Part shown: positions 17,740 to 27,504 of the stretch, piece after piece | How the letters are laid out: the number at the start of each line of letters is the position of its first letter | Position numbering within the stretch: the stretch's first letter is position 1 | Assembly (NCBI GenBank): GCA_045589515.1 | Contig: JAZNPH010000090.1 | Coordinates: 5,631 to 69,630 of the forward strand | DNA: 64,000 nt | Source of the DNA: Eubacteriales bacterium | Lineage (GTDB): Bacteria > Bacillota > Clostridia > Oscillospirales > CAG-382 | Direction of reading: 5' to 3' | The notes under the pieces: generated by a model | What the model was told of the DNA's origin: nothing | The model's input: the letters and a program-made list of their open reading frames with translations, nothing else | The model's database searches: none | Made by a program: the position numbers and the translations under genes

Positions 17740-20712
17740 ATGGAAAACATGAAGGAATTACCTATTCAAAATACAGCCGTGGGCATTGATATCGGCTCCA
17801 CCACGGCCAAGCTGGTGATCGTGGAGAACGGACGGGTGCTTTACGCCAAATACGAGCGCCATTATTCCCAGGTACGTCAGAAGACGGTTGCCATGTTGGC
17901 GGATGCCGCCCATCTGCTGAAGGGAAAGACGGTCTCCGTGGCCATCGCAGGCTCTGCGGGATTGGGAACCGCCCTCTCCGCCGATCTGCCCTTCGTGCAG
18001 GAGGTTTTCGCCACGGCGGAAACGGTACGCACTCTGGCCCCCGAGACGGACGCCGTCATTGAGCTGGGAGGCGAGGACGCTAAGATCATCTTTTTCGACG
18101 GCGGGTTGGACGAGCGCATGAACGGCTCCTGTGCCGGCGGCACCGGTGCGTTTATCGATCAGATGGCCACTCTGCTGGACGTGACCAACGACGAGATGGA
18201 CGAGCTGAGCCTTTCGTACAGCCGTATCTACCCCATCGCCTCCCGTTGCGGCGTGTTTGCCAAGACGGATATCCAGCCCCTTTTGAACCAAGGAGCACGG
18301 AAGGAGGATATCTCCGCCAGCATTTATCAGGCGGTGGTAAACCAGACCATTGCCGGCCTTGCCCAGGGCAGAAAGATTAGGGGCAACGTGATGTTTTTGG
18401 GCGGCCCTCTCTACTACTGCAAGGGCTTGCGGGCGCGGTTTATGAAGACCTTGAAGCTGGACGAGGAGCACGCGTCCTTCCCGCCCTACGCGTTGTACGC
18501 CGTTTCTTTGGGGGCGGCTCTTTACGGGGACAAGCAGAAGAAGCCCCTGGCCTTTGAGGAGCTGTTCCAAAGGTTGCAAAACAGCATTGGGGAAAAGGAG
18601 GAGCTTTCCACCACCCCGCCTTTGTTTGCAAACGAGGAGGAATACGAAGCCTTCTCCACCCGCCACGGAAAGGCTACCGCAGAGTTCGGTGTGCTGGAAG
18701 ACTACCGCGGAAAAGCTTATTTGGGCATTGACTGCGGGTCCACCACTACGAAATTGGTGCTGATCTCCGAAAACAACGAAATTCTATATACCTATTACGA
18801 TTCCAACAAGGGCAATCCCGTACAGATCGTCAAAGAACAGCTGGGGATCATTTATTCCCGCATGCATAAAGACGCAAGGATCTGCGGCAGCGGCGTGACC
18901 GGGTACGGCGAAGAGCTGATCTGCCACGCCTTCCACACCGATGCGGGGCTGGTGGAAACCATGGCGCACTACTCCGCCGCCAAGTATTTTAATCCCAAGG
19001 TGGATTTTATTCTGGACATCGGCGGGCAGGACATCAAATGCTTTAAAGTACACAACGATTCCATTGACAGCATCATCTTAAACGAGGCCTGCTCCTCGGG
19101 ATGCGGCTCCTTTATCGAAACCTTCGCAAGATCCATGGGATATTCCGTGGAGGAGTTTGCAAAGAAGGGGTTGTTCGGTAACGCTCCCGTTGATCTGGGC
19201 ACCCGTTGCACGGTGTTTATGAATTCTTCGGTGAAGCAGGCTCAGAAGGACGGCGCTTCCGTGGAGAACATTTCCGCGGGGCTTTCTGTCAGCGTGGTGA
19301 AGAACGCCATTTACAAGGTAATCCGCGCCGCCAACGCCGACGAATTGGGCAAGGAGATCGTGGTGCAGGGCGGCACCTTTATGAACGATGCGGTGTTGCG
19401 TTCTTTTGAAAAAGAGATCGGCAGAAACGTGATCCGCCCGAAGATCGCCCCTTTGATGGGTGCTTTCGGTGCGGCGCTTCACGCCAAGTCATTGAAGCTT
19501 GAGACCTCTTCCCTGCTTTCCAAGGAGGAGATCGAAAGCTTTACCCATACCGCCAAGGGCATCACCTGCGGCGGATGCGGCAACCGCTGCCATATGACGG
19601 TGAACACCTTTGGCACGGGAAAAAAATACATTTCCGGCAACCAGTGCGAAAAGGGTGCGGGCATCCGTACAGAGGGAGAGCCTCTCCCCAACCTGTATGC
19701 AAGAAAACGAGAGCTTCTGGTCTCCCGGGAAAGCACGCCCGGCAGAAAGAAGCTGGGTCTGCCTATGGCATTGGGAACCTTTGAGCTGTTGCCGCTGTGG
19801 CACGGAATCTTCACCTCCCTGGGGTATGAGGTGGTGGTGTCCGATTTCTCCACCAGAAAGACTTATATGAAGGGGCAGTATTCCATCCCCTCGGATACCG
19901 CCTGCTACCCCGCCAAGATCATGCACGGCCACATGGAGGAGCTGATCGAAAAGGGGTGCGACATTCTGTTCTACCCTGCTCTGACCTACAACATGGACGA
20001 ACATAACAGTGATAATCACTACAACTGTCCCGTGGTGGCTTACTACGCAGAGCTGTTGAACGGGAATATGGAGTCCCTGAAGGACGTGAAGTTCTTCTAC
20101 CCCTATCTCAACGTCAACGACGAAAAGGCCTGTGCCAAGGAGCTTTACGCCTACCTGCAAAAGCACGCGCCCGAAGAGAACCACTCGAAGAAGGATTGCA
20201 GAATTGCCGTTGCCAAGGGGATGGCGGATTACCGCGCCCACATGGCGGCGGTGAGAGCAGAGGGCGAGAGGGCCGTTCGCTTTGCCAGAGAGCATGGAAA
20301 GAAGATTTTGATTCTGGCGGGACGTCCCTATCACATCGATCCCGAGATCTGCCACGGTATCGACAAGCTGGCAGTCTCCCTGGGCTTCGTGGTGGTTTCC
20401 GAGGACAGCGTTGCCCATATGGCAAAGGTGCCTCCCGTACAAGTATTGAACCAATGGACCTATCACTCCCGTCTTTACGCGGCGGCGCAGTTTGCCGCGG
20501 AAAACAAGGACGTGGAGCTGGTACAGATGGTGTCCTTCGGTTGCGGTGTGGACGCCATCACCACCGACGAGGTGCGGGCGATCTTGGAAAAGCAGGGCAA
20601 GCTTTACACGCAATTGAAGATCGACGAGATCACCAACCTTGGTGCGGTACGCATCCGTCTGCGCAGTATGCTGGGCGCTCTTGAGGAGCGGGCAAGAAAG
20701 GGGGAAAGCTGA
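17740..20712 (+). CDS. 2-hydroxyacyl-CoA dehydratase activator (two BadF/BadG/BcrA/BcrD ATPase domains plus DUF2229-like region)
   Basis: Duplicated GIDIGSTT/GIDCGSTT, ELGGEDAK/DIGGQDIK, CAGGTGAF/CSSGCGSF; CGGCGNRC; SFGCGVD. Exact start uncertain. Confidence 0.92.
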   Translation: MENMKELPIQNTAVGIDIGSTTAKLVIVENGRVLYAKYERHYSQVRQKTVAMLADAAHLLKGKTVSVAIAGSAGLGTALSADLPFVQEVFATAETVRTLAPETDAVIELGGEDAKIIFFDGGLDERMNGSCAGGTGAFIDQMATLLDVTNDEMDELSLSYSRIYPIASRCGVFAKTDIQPLLNQGARKEDISASIYQAVVNQTIAGLAQGRKIRGNVMFLGGPLYYCKGLRARFMKTLKLDEEHASFPPYALYAVSLGAALYGDKQKKPLAFEELFQRLQNSIGEKEELSTTPPLFANEEEYEAFSTRHGKATAEFGVLEDYRGKAYLGIDCGSTTTKLVLISENNEILYTYYDSNKGNPVQIVKEQLGIIYSRMHKDARICGSGVTGYGEELICHAFHTDAGLVETMAHYSAAKYFNPKVDFILDIGGQDIKCFKVHNDSIDSIILNEACSSGCGSFIETFARSMGYSVEEFAKKGLFGNAPVDLGTRCTVFMNSSVKQAQKDGASVENISAGLSVSVVKNAIYKVIRAANADELGKEIVVQGGTFMNDAVLRSFEKEIGRNVIRPKIAPLMGAFGAALHAKSLKLETSSLLSKEEIESFTHTAKGITCGGCGNRCHMTVNTFGTGKKYISGNQCEKGAGIRTEGEPLPNLYARKRELLVSRESTPGRKKLGLPMALGTFELLPLWHGIFTSLGYEVVVSDFSTRKTYMKGQYSIPSDTACYPAKIMHGHMEELIEKGCDILFYPALTYNMDEHNSDNHYNCPVVAYYAELLNGNMESLKDVKFFYPYLNVNDEKACAKELYAYLQKHAPEENHSKKDCRIAVAKGMADYRAHMAAVRAEGERAVRFAREHGKKILILAGRPYHIDPEICHGIDKLAVSLGFVVVSEDSVAHMAKVPPVQVLNQWTYHSRLYAAAQFAAENKDVELVQMVSFGCGVDAITTDEVRAILEKQGKLYTQLKIDEITNLGAVRIRLRSMLGALEERARKGES

Positions 20713-20713
20713 A

Positions 20714-21991
20714 ATGGAAGATAAGAAGCGGGTTCTCTTTACCGAGGAGATGCGGAAGGATTACACCATTTTGGTGCCCACCATGCTTCCCATTCATTTC
20801 CGTCTGATTTGCCGTGTTCTGAACCATTACGGCTACAAGACGGAGGTGATGGACGGCAAAAGCGAGAAGATCAAGGAATACGGGCTGAAATACGTACATA
20901 ACGACGCTTGCTACCCTGCCCTTCTGGTCATCGGGCAGATGATCGACGCCTTGGAAAGCGGAAAATACGATCCTCACAAGGTGGCTTTCCTGTACTTTCA
21001 GACCGGGGGCGGCTGTCGTGCCTCCAACTACATCTTTTTGATGCGAAAAGCCTTTGAGAAAGCGGGCTATCCCTACGTGCCCATCATCTCCATGAGCCTT
21101 ACGGGTTTGGAATCCAATCCCGGTTTCAAGCTGACCCTGCCCATGCTGGTCAAGGGAATCTCCGGGGTGCTTTACGGCGATCTGCTGATGGAGCTGCGGA
21201 ACCAATGCCGTCCTTATGAGATAGTTCCCGGGGCCACCGAGGCCTTGGTACAGGAATGGGAGGACAAGCTTTACGACGATATTGTAAACAAACGGTTCAG
21301 CTACCGCAGGATCAAGAAGAACTACCGCAGGATCGCTAAGTCCTTTGCAGAGCTTCCCATGGATCGCTCCGTGAAGAAGCCCAAGGTGGGTATCGTGGGT
21401 GAGATCTTCGTGAAGTTCTCTCCTCTCGGAAACAACAATCTGGAGGAGTTTCTCATTTCCGAGGGGGCACAGCCCGTTCTGCCGGGATTGATGGAGTTTT
21501 GTCTGTACTGCATTTACAACATGGTGGCGGACGTGGATCTTTACGGCGGCAGTAAGTTCAAGCGCGGGATCATGAATTTCGTTTATAAATTCCTGGTGAA
21601 GAAGCAGGGAGATATGAACCGCATCATCGCCGAGGAGGGCTTTGATCCGCCCTTGGATTTCGAGGAAGCGCGAAAGGGCGTGCAGGAGATCATCGGCATC
21701 GGCGTGAAGATGGGCGAGGGCTGGCTGTTGACGGCAGAGATGCTCTCTCTGATCAAGGACGGAGTGAACAACATCATCTGCACACAGCCTTTTGGGTGCC
21801 TGCCCAACCACATCTGCGGCAAGGGGATGATGAAGCCCTTGAAGGAGAAGTATCCTCAGGTGAATCTGGTGGCGGTGGACTACGATCCCGGCGCTACCAA
21901 GATCAACCAGGAAAACCGCATCAAGCTGATGCTTTCCAACGCAAAGCCTCCCGAAGAGAAGGCGGCGGAAAAAGAGCCTGCGTTGGTATAA
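20714..21991 (+). CDS. 2-hydroxyacyl-CoA dehydratase family protein
   Basis: NDACYP, QTGGGCRASNY, GIVGEI, QPFGCLPNH; starts 1 bp after the activator stop. Confidence 0.9.
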   Translation: MEDKKRVLFTEEMRKDYTILVPTMLPIHFRLICRVLNHYGYKTEVMDGKSEKIKEYGLKYVHNDACYPALLVIGQMIDALESGKYDPHKVAFLYFQTGGGCRASNYIFLMRKAFEKAGYPYVPIISMSLTGLESNPGFKLTLPMLVKGISGVLYGDLLMELRNQCRPYEIVPGATEALVQEWEDKLYDDIVNKRFSYRRIKKNYRRIAKSFAELPMDRSVKKPKVGIVGEIFVKFSPLGNNNLEEFLISEGAQPVLPGLMEFCLYCIYNMVADVDLYGGSKFKRGIMNFVYKFLVKKQGDMNRIIAEEGFDPPLDFEEARKGVQEIIGIGVKMGEGWLLTAEMLSLIKDGVNNIICTQPFGCLPNHICGKGMMKPLKEKYPQVNLVAVDYDPGATKINQENRIKLMLSNAKPPEEKAAEKEPALV

Positions 21992-22003
21992 GGAAGAACG
22001 TTT

Positions 22004-22077
22004 TGCAGAACCTTTCTTTAGAAAAAGAAAGGTTCTGCACTCCAAAGAAACCCAATGCCGAAAACTTGCGTTTTCGG
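22004..22077 (+). repeat. Dispersed two-hairpin element, copy C
   Basis: TGCAGAACCTTTCTTT-AGAA-AAAGAAAGGTTCTGCA, linker CTCCAAAGAAACCCAATG, CCGAAAAC-TTGC-GTTTTCGG. Confidence 0.75.
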
Positions 22078-22161
22078 AAGAAATAAAATAGGTTTTCGCA
22101 GAAACTATATATTCCAAGCAATTGCACAAGCAATTGTTTTTTTGTTTTTTGCGCAAATCTC

Positions 22162-22190
22162 TTGACATAACAGAAATATTATGATATCAT
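22162..22190 (+). promoter_or_regulatory. Sigma-70 promoter of the aro operon
   Basis: TTGACA-N17-TATCAT with TG extension. Confidence 0.7.
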
Positions 22191-22229
22191 AACGAAAAAG
22201 TTTTAAAGCGATACAAGAAGGACACCGTT

Positions 22230-23231
22230 ATGATCATCGTATTGAAGAATCAGACCACCCTGCAAAAGCGGGAAGAATTGATAGATTGGCTTCGTTCCAA
22301 GGCGTTGGACGTACACATTTCCGAAGGGCAGTACCACACCGTTCTGGGGTTGGTGGGCGACACGGGAAGCATTGACACGGATATGCTGGAGGGGCTGGAG
22401 ATCGTGGAGAAGGTCCAGCGGATCTCCGAGCCCTTCAAGAAGGCCAACAGGAAATTCCACGAGGACGACACAGTGATCAAGGCGGAGTCCTTTACCGTAG
22501 GCGGCGGAGGCTTCACCCTGATGGCAGGGCCCTGCTCCGTGGAATCCAAAGAACAGCTGACAGGCATTGCCAAGGCGGTGAAGCAATCCGGGGCGACTCT
22601 GCTCCGCGGCGGAGCCTTCAAGCCCAGGACCTCTCCTTACGACTTCCAGGGACTGAGGGCTGACGGCATTGAACTTCTGTTGGAGGCAAAAAAAGAGACG
22701 GGGTTGCCCATCGTCACGGAGATCATGAACGCCCAGCACCTTCCCCTGTTTGAGCAGGTGGATATGATTCAGGTGGGGGCGCGGAATATGCAGAACTTTG
22801 AGCTTCTCAAGGAGCTGGGTAAGATCGACAAGCCCATTCTGCTGAAAAGTGGGCTTGCCAACACCATCAAGGAGCTTTTGATGTCTGCGGAATACATCAT
22901 GGCGGGAGGCAACGAGAAGGTGATCTTCTGCGAGCGGGGGATCAGAACCTTTGAGACCTACACCCGAAACACCTTGGATCTTTCTGCCGTGGCGGTGCTG
23001 AAGGAGCTTTCCCATCTGCCCGTCATCGTAGATCCCAGCCATGCCACCGGTGTTTCCCGCTACGTGAAGCCCATGGCCTTGGCGGCGGTGGCCGCAGGGG
23101 CGGACGGCTTGATGATCGAGGTACACAACGACCCCGGCCACGCCTTGTGCGACGGGCCCCAGTCCTTGACACCTGCCCAATTTGAAGATCTGGCGAAGGC
23201 CGTCTTTAAGGTAAGGGAGGCGTTGGCATGA
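22230..23231 (+). CDS. aroF: DAHP synthase (class I-beta, with N-terminal regulatory domain)
   Basis: AGPCSVES, GGAFKPRTSPY, GARNMQNF, CERGIRTF, DPSHATG. Confidence 0.95.
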   Translation: MIIVLKNQTTLQKREELIDWLRSKALDVHISEGQYHTVLGLVGDTGSIDTDMLEGLEIVEKVQRISEPFKKANRKFHEDDTVIKAESFTVGGGGFTLMAGPCSVESKEQLTGIAKAVKQSGATLLRGGAFKPRTSPYDFQGLRADGIELLLEAKKETGLPIVTEIMNAQHLPLFEQVDMIQVGARNMQNFELLKELGKIDKPILLKSGLANTIKELLMSAEYIMAGGNEKVIFCERGIRTFETYTRNTLDLSAVAVLKELSHLPVIVDPSHATGVSRYVKPMALAAVAAGADGLMIEVHNDPGHALCDGPQSLTPAQFEDLAKAVFKVREALA

Positions 23232-24064
23232 GGATCGGGATCGTAGGATTGGGAACCATCGGCGGTTCCTTTGCCAAGGCAATCAAAACCTACGGCAACC
23301 ACACGGTTTTGGGGCTGGATCGGAACGGCGACGCCGTGGCTTTTGCAAAGTTCACCGATTCTATCGACGGGGTGTTGACGGAAGAGAGCATGAAGGAGTG
23401 CGACGTTCTGCTCATCGCTTTGTATCCTAAAGCTTCTGCGGACTTTTTGAAGGAAAACGGGAAGTATCTTTCCGTAGATGCCGTGGTGGTGGATCTTTGC
23501 GGCGTAAAACGTGCCATTTTTGAGCAAATGAAGGAGACGGCAGCGGAATACGGCTTCACCTTCATCGGCGGGCATCCCATGGCGGGGGCGGTGGCCTCCG
23601 GCTTCCGTGCGGCCAAGGAAAAAATGTTCCGCGGGGCAAGCATGATCTTAGTCCCCGGAGATTGCGACGATCTGCCAAAATTGGATCGGATCTGCAGTCT
23701 GTTCCGCGAGGTGGGCTTTTCCAAGATCGTCACCTGCACCCCCGAGGAGCATGACAGGCGCATCGCCTTCACCTCACAGCTTCCCCACATCCTTTCCAAC
23801 GCTTACGTAAAGAATCCAACGGCGGCAGAGCACAGAGGATTTTCTGCGGGGAGCTTTCGGGATATGGCCAGAGTGGCCAAGGTGAACGTGCCCATGTGGA
23901 CAGAATTATTTTTGGAAAATGCAGATTTTCTTGCGGAAGAACTTGACATTATGATCCAAAATCTTGTATTATATAGGAAGGCGTTGGAAGAACGCGACGA
24001 AAAGACCCTTACCGCCCTTTTGGAAGAAGGGGCTTTGCGTAAGGGTGAATTGGAAACCATTTGA
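23228..24064 (+). CDS. tyrA: Prephenate dehydrogenase
   Basis: GLGTIGGS, GGHPMAG, HDRRIAFTSQLPH, GSFRDMARVA. Confidence 0.92.
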   Translation: MRIGIVGLGTIGGSFAKAIKTYGNHTVLGLDRNGDAVAFAKFTDSIDGVLTEESMKECDVLLIALYPKASADFLKENGKYLSVDAVVVDLCGVKRAIFEQMKETAAEYGFTFIGGHPMAGAVASGFRAAKEKMFRGASMILVPGDCDDLPKLDRICSLFREVGFSKIVTCTPEEHDRRIAFTSQLPHILSNAYVKNPTAAEHRGFSAGSFRDMARVAKVNVPMWTELFLENADFLAEELDIMIQNLVLYRKALEERDEKTLTALLEEGALRKGELETI

Positions 24065-24083
24065 TAACAAACGAGGCGTTTTC

Positions 24084-25133
24084 ATGTCAATCGTAAAAGT
24101 GAAGGCTTCAACGGAATATGAGGTTCTGGTGGAAGAAGGGCTTCTGGATCGCGTGGGGGTTCTTGCAAGAGAACTGCTCCCGGGAAAGACGGCGGCCTTG
24201 ATCACCGAGGAACGAGTGAATGCTCTTTACGGTGACAGAGTGGAAAAGAACCTGAAAGACGCGGGATTCACCGTGTTTCGCTTGGTATTGCCCGAGGGGG
24301 AACAGACCAAGTGTCTTACCCGTTTGGGGGAAGTTTTGGAATTTCTGGCTTCTCGCAAGTTGACCCGTACGGATACGGTGTTTGCTTTGGGCGGCGGTGT
24401 CATGGGAGATCTGGCGGGGTTTGCATCCGCTATCTATCTCCGCGGTATTCGTTACGTGCAGATCCCCACCACTCTGCTGGCGGCGGTGGATTCCTCCGTG
24501 GGAGGAAAGACGGCCATCGACTTAGAGGGCGGGAAGAATCTGGCAGGTGCTTTTCATCAGCCTGCGGCGGTGTATTGCGATCCTTTGGTGTTAAAGACCC
24601 TTTCCCCGGAGGTATTCTCCGACGGGTGCGCCGAGGTGATCAAGTACGCCGTATTGAAGGGCGAGCCCTTGCTTTCCATGCTGAAAAATCCCGAGACTGC
24701 GGATTGGACCGCTATCATCACCCAATGCGTCTCCGTCAAGCGGGACATGGTGGAAGAGGATGAATTCGACACCGGAGTGCGGATGTTCTTGAATTTGGGG
24801 CATACCGTAGGGCACGCCATTGAGAAGCGTTCCTGCTTCGCCCTTTCCCACGGGAAGTGTGTCGCCATGGGGATGGTGATCGCCGCAAGACTTTCGGTCA
24901 AGCTGGGGCTGTGCGGAGAAGATTTGGTGCAGGAGACCGTGAAGCTTTTGAAGACTTACGGGTTGCCCGTGGAATCTCCTTACGAAGGAAACGTACTGCT
25001 TGACACCATGCTTTCCGACAAAAAGCGGGCGGGTGATACCCTGCGGTTGATCTTGCCCAAAGGGATGGGAGATTGCGTTCTCTACCCTGTGGACGTGAAG
25101 GAGCTCCCCGACTTGTTTGCACAAATCATCTGA
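24084..25133 (+). CDS. aroB: 3-dehydroquinate synthase
   Basis: GGGVMGDLAGF, PTTLLAAVDSSVGGKT, LNLGHTVGHAIE. Confidence 0.95.
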   Translation: MSIVKVKASTEYEVLVEEGLLDRVGVLARELLPGKTAALITEERVNALYGDRVEKNLKDAGFTVFRLVLPEGEQTKCLTRLGEVLEFLASRKLTRTDTVFALGGGVMGDLAGFASAIYLRGIRYVQIPTTLLAAVDSSVGGKTAIDLEGGKNLAGAFHQPAAVYCDPLVLKTLSPEVFSDGCAEVIKYAVLKGEPLLSMLKNPETADWTAIITQCVSVKRDMVEEDEFDTGVRMFLNLGHTVGHAIEKRSCFALSHGKCVAMGMVIAARLSVKLGLCGEDLVQETVKLLKTYGLPVESPYEGNVLLDTMLSDKKRAGDTLRLILPKGMGDCVLYPVDVKELPDLFAQII

Positions 25134-25147
25134 ACCGAGTATCAAAC

Positions 25148-26404
25148 ATGAACGTATTACTGACTCCCTCCCATTTAGAGGGAGATTTGAGGGTGATCCC
25201 CTCCAAATCCTACATGCACCGCGCATTGATCTGCGCATCCCTGGCTGACAAACCGACGGTTTTGCATTGCCCCCAGTCCAATCGGGACATTTGGGCTACC
25301 GCCGGTTGTCTTTCTGCTTTGGGGGCGGAGATCCGTGAGGAAAAGGGCGTTTATACCGTGTTTCCCATTGCAAATAAAGAGGGAACGGCTGATCTTTGCT
25401 GTGAAGAAAGCGGCTCTACCCTACGCTTTATGTTGCCCGTCACGGCGGCTTTGGGACGGAAAGCTGTCTTCCACGCCAAGGGAAGGCTGTCGGCAAGACC
25501 CCTTTCCCCGTTGTACGAGGAATTGGTTCGCCACGGTGTGACCCTATCGCCAAACGGAAGCTTTCCCCTATCCATGGAAGGGCAGTTAACGGCGGGAGAC
25601 TTTGTTTTGGACGGCTCCGTCAGCTCCCAGTTTTTCACGGGGCTGCTTTTGGGATTGCCTTTGCTTCCCGAGGAAAGCAGGATCACCGTGTCGGGCAGGC
25701 TGGAGTCTGCGCCTTACGTAGCTTTGACCTGTGCGGTGATGAGGGAATTCGGTGTAGAGCCTGTGGTGACGGAGAGAGAAATGATCGTCCCCCCTGCCCC
25801 CTTCCGTTCCCCCGGCGAGCTTTACGCGGAGGGCGACTGGTCCAACGCCGCCTTTTGGCTGGTGGCAGGCGTTATTGGCGGAAAAATCCGCTTGACGGGC
25901 TTGCAAAAGGATTCCACCCAGGGGGATAAGGCCATCGTCTCCATCCTGCGGGAAATGGGAGGCGACGTCCGGGAAGAGAACGGCAGCCTCCTTGCCCAAA
26001 AGTCTGTACTGCACGGTGTGACCATCGACGCTACGGATATTCCCGATCTGGTGCCCGTTTTGGCTATTGCGGCGGCTTACGCCGAGGGCGAGACGGTGAT
26101 CAAAGGAGCGGCAAGGCTTCGCTTGAAGGAAAGCGACCGCATTGCCAGCGTTTGCGGGATGCTGAAGGCCTTGGGAGTCTCCTGCAAAGAAACGGCAGAG
26201 GGTATGGTCATTCAAGGAGGCGGATTGAAGGGCGGCGTGGTGGATGCTTGTAACGACCACCGCATTGCCATGAGTGCCGCTGTGGCCTCTTTGGTCTGCC
26301 AAGAGCCTGTGACCATTGTGGGCGCACAGGCTGTGGAGAAATCCTACCCCGACTTTTTCCGCCATCTGGAAAGCCTTGGCGGTGTTTATAAGGAACTTAA
26401 CTGA
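25148..26404 (+). CDS. aroA: 3-phosphoshikimate 1-carboxyvinyltransferase (EPSP synthase)
   Basis: PSKSYMHR, ESGSTLRF, SSQF, LRLKESDR, DHRIAM, KSYP. Confidence 0.95.
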   Translation: MNVLLTPSHLEGDLRVIPSKSYMHRALICASLADKPTVLHCPQSNRDIWATAGCLSALGAEIREEKGVYTVFPIANKEGTADLCCEESGSTLRFMLPVTAALGRKAVFHAKGRLSARPLSPLYEELVRHGVTLSPNGSFPLSMEGQLTAGDFVLDGSVSSQFFTGLLLGLPLLPEESRITVSGRLESAPYVALTCAVMREFGVEPVVTEREMIVPPAPFRSPGELYAEGDWSNAAFWLVAGVIGGKIRLTGLQKDSTQGDKAIVSILREMGGDVREENGSLLAQKSVLHGVTIDATDIPDLVPVLAIAAAYAEGETVIKGAARLRLKESDRIASVCGMLKALGVSCKETAEGMVIQGGGLKGGVVDACNDHRIAMSAAVASLVCQEPVTIVGAQAVEKSYPDFFRHLESLGGVYKELN

Positions 26405-26418
26405 GAGAAGGTAGTTTG

Positions 26419-27486
26419 ATGTTTACCTACGGAAATCGCCTGCGGGTGCAGGTATTCGGACAATCCCACTCTGCGGGAATGGGGGTTGTCATAGACGGCT
26501 TCCCCGCCGGCATTGCTGTGAACGCGGAAGGACTTGCCGCTTTTATGGAGCGCCGTGCTCCCGGGCGGAACGCTTTTTCCACCGCGAGAAAAGAACCCGA
26601 CAAAGTGGAGTTTCTTTCCGGCGTTGTGAACGGTATCACCACAGGTGCGCCCATCTCTGCCGTGATCATGAATACGGATACCCGAAGTAAGGATTACGCA
26701 AAGCTTGCGGATATACCCCGTCCCTCCCACGCTGACTTAGCGGCGTATTTCAAATACGGCTCCCATCGGGATCATCGGGGTGGCGGCGAGTTTTCCGGGC
26801 GGTTGACCGCGCCTCTTTGCGTGGCGGGATATCTTTGCATGACCTATTTGGAGACCCTGGGTATTCACATAGGGGCTCATATCGCTTCCGTGGGAGGCGT
26901 ATCGGACGATCAGTTCTCAATAGAGCCTGCCGCAGAGGAATTGCTTGCCCCCGGGAAGAAGGACTTCCCCGTTTTGAACGAAGAAAAAGGCAAGACTATG
27001 CAGGAGGTCATTCTGCAAGCCAAGAGCGAGGCGGATTCCGTGGGCGGCAGTATCGAATGTGCCGTGACGGGGATCCCCGCAGGTACGGGGGGCAGCTCCT
27101 TCGGTGGTATGGAGGGCAGGATCGCCCTGGCTATGTTCGGCATTCCCGCCGTGAAGGGGATCGAGTTCGGCAGCGGTTTTGCGGGCTGTGAAAAGAGAGG
27201 CTCGGAAAACAACGATCCCATCCGCACCGACGGAAACAGGATCTACACCGAGACCAACAACGCAGGCGGACTGATGGGTGGGATCGCCAACGGGATGCCC
27301 GTGGTATTCCGCGTGGGGATCAAGCCTACCCCCTCTATCGGGAAGGAACAGAAGAGCGTTTCCCTTTCCCGTATGGAGAACGCCGATCTGGTGATCGAGG
27401 GACGTCACGATCCCTGTATCGTTCAAAGAGCCGTTCCCGTGGTGGAGGCGGTGGCCGCCTTGGCGGTGGCAGACAGTTTGCTTTGA
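26419..27486 (+). CDS. aroC: Chorismate synthase
   Basis: GQSH, RPSHAD, SGRLTA, IPAVKG, KPTPSI, GRHDPC. Confidence 0.95.
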   Translation: MFTYGNRLRVQVFGQSHSAGMGVVIDGFPAGIAVNAEGLAAFMERRAPGRNAFSTARKEPDKVEFLSGVVNGITTGAPISAVIMNTDTRSKDYAKLADIPRPSHADLAAYFKYGSHRDHRGGGEFSGRLTAPLCVAGYLCMTYLETLGIHIGAHIASVGGVSDDQFSIEPAAEELLAPGKKDFPVLNEEKGKTMQEVILQAKSEADSVGGSIECAVTGIPAGTGGSSFGGMEGRIALAMFGIPAVKGIEFGSGFAGCEKRGSENNDPIRTDGNRIYTETNNAGGLMGGIANGMPVVFRVGIKPTPSIGKEQKSVSLSRMENADLVIEGRHDPCIVQRAVPVVEAVAALAVADSLL

Positions 27487-27504
27487 GTTTTTAGAGGTTA
27501 TATC

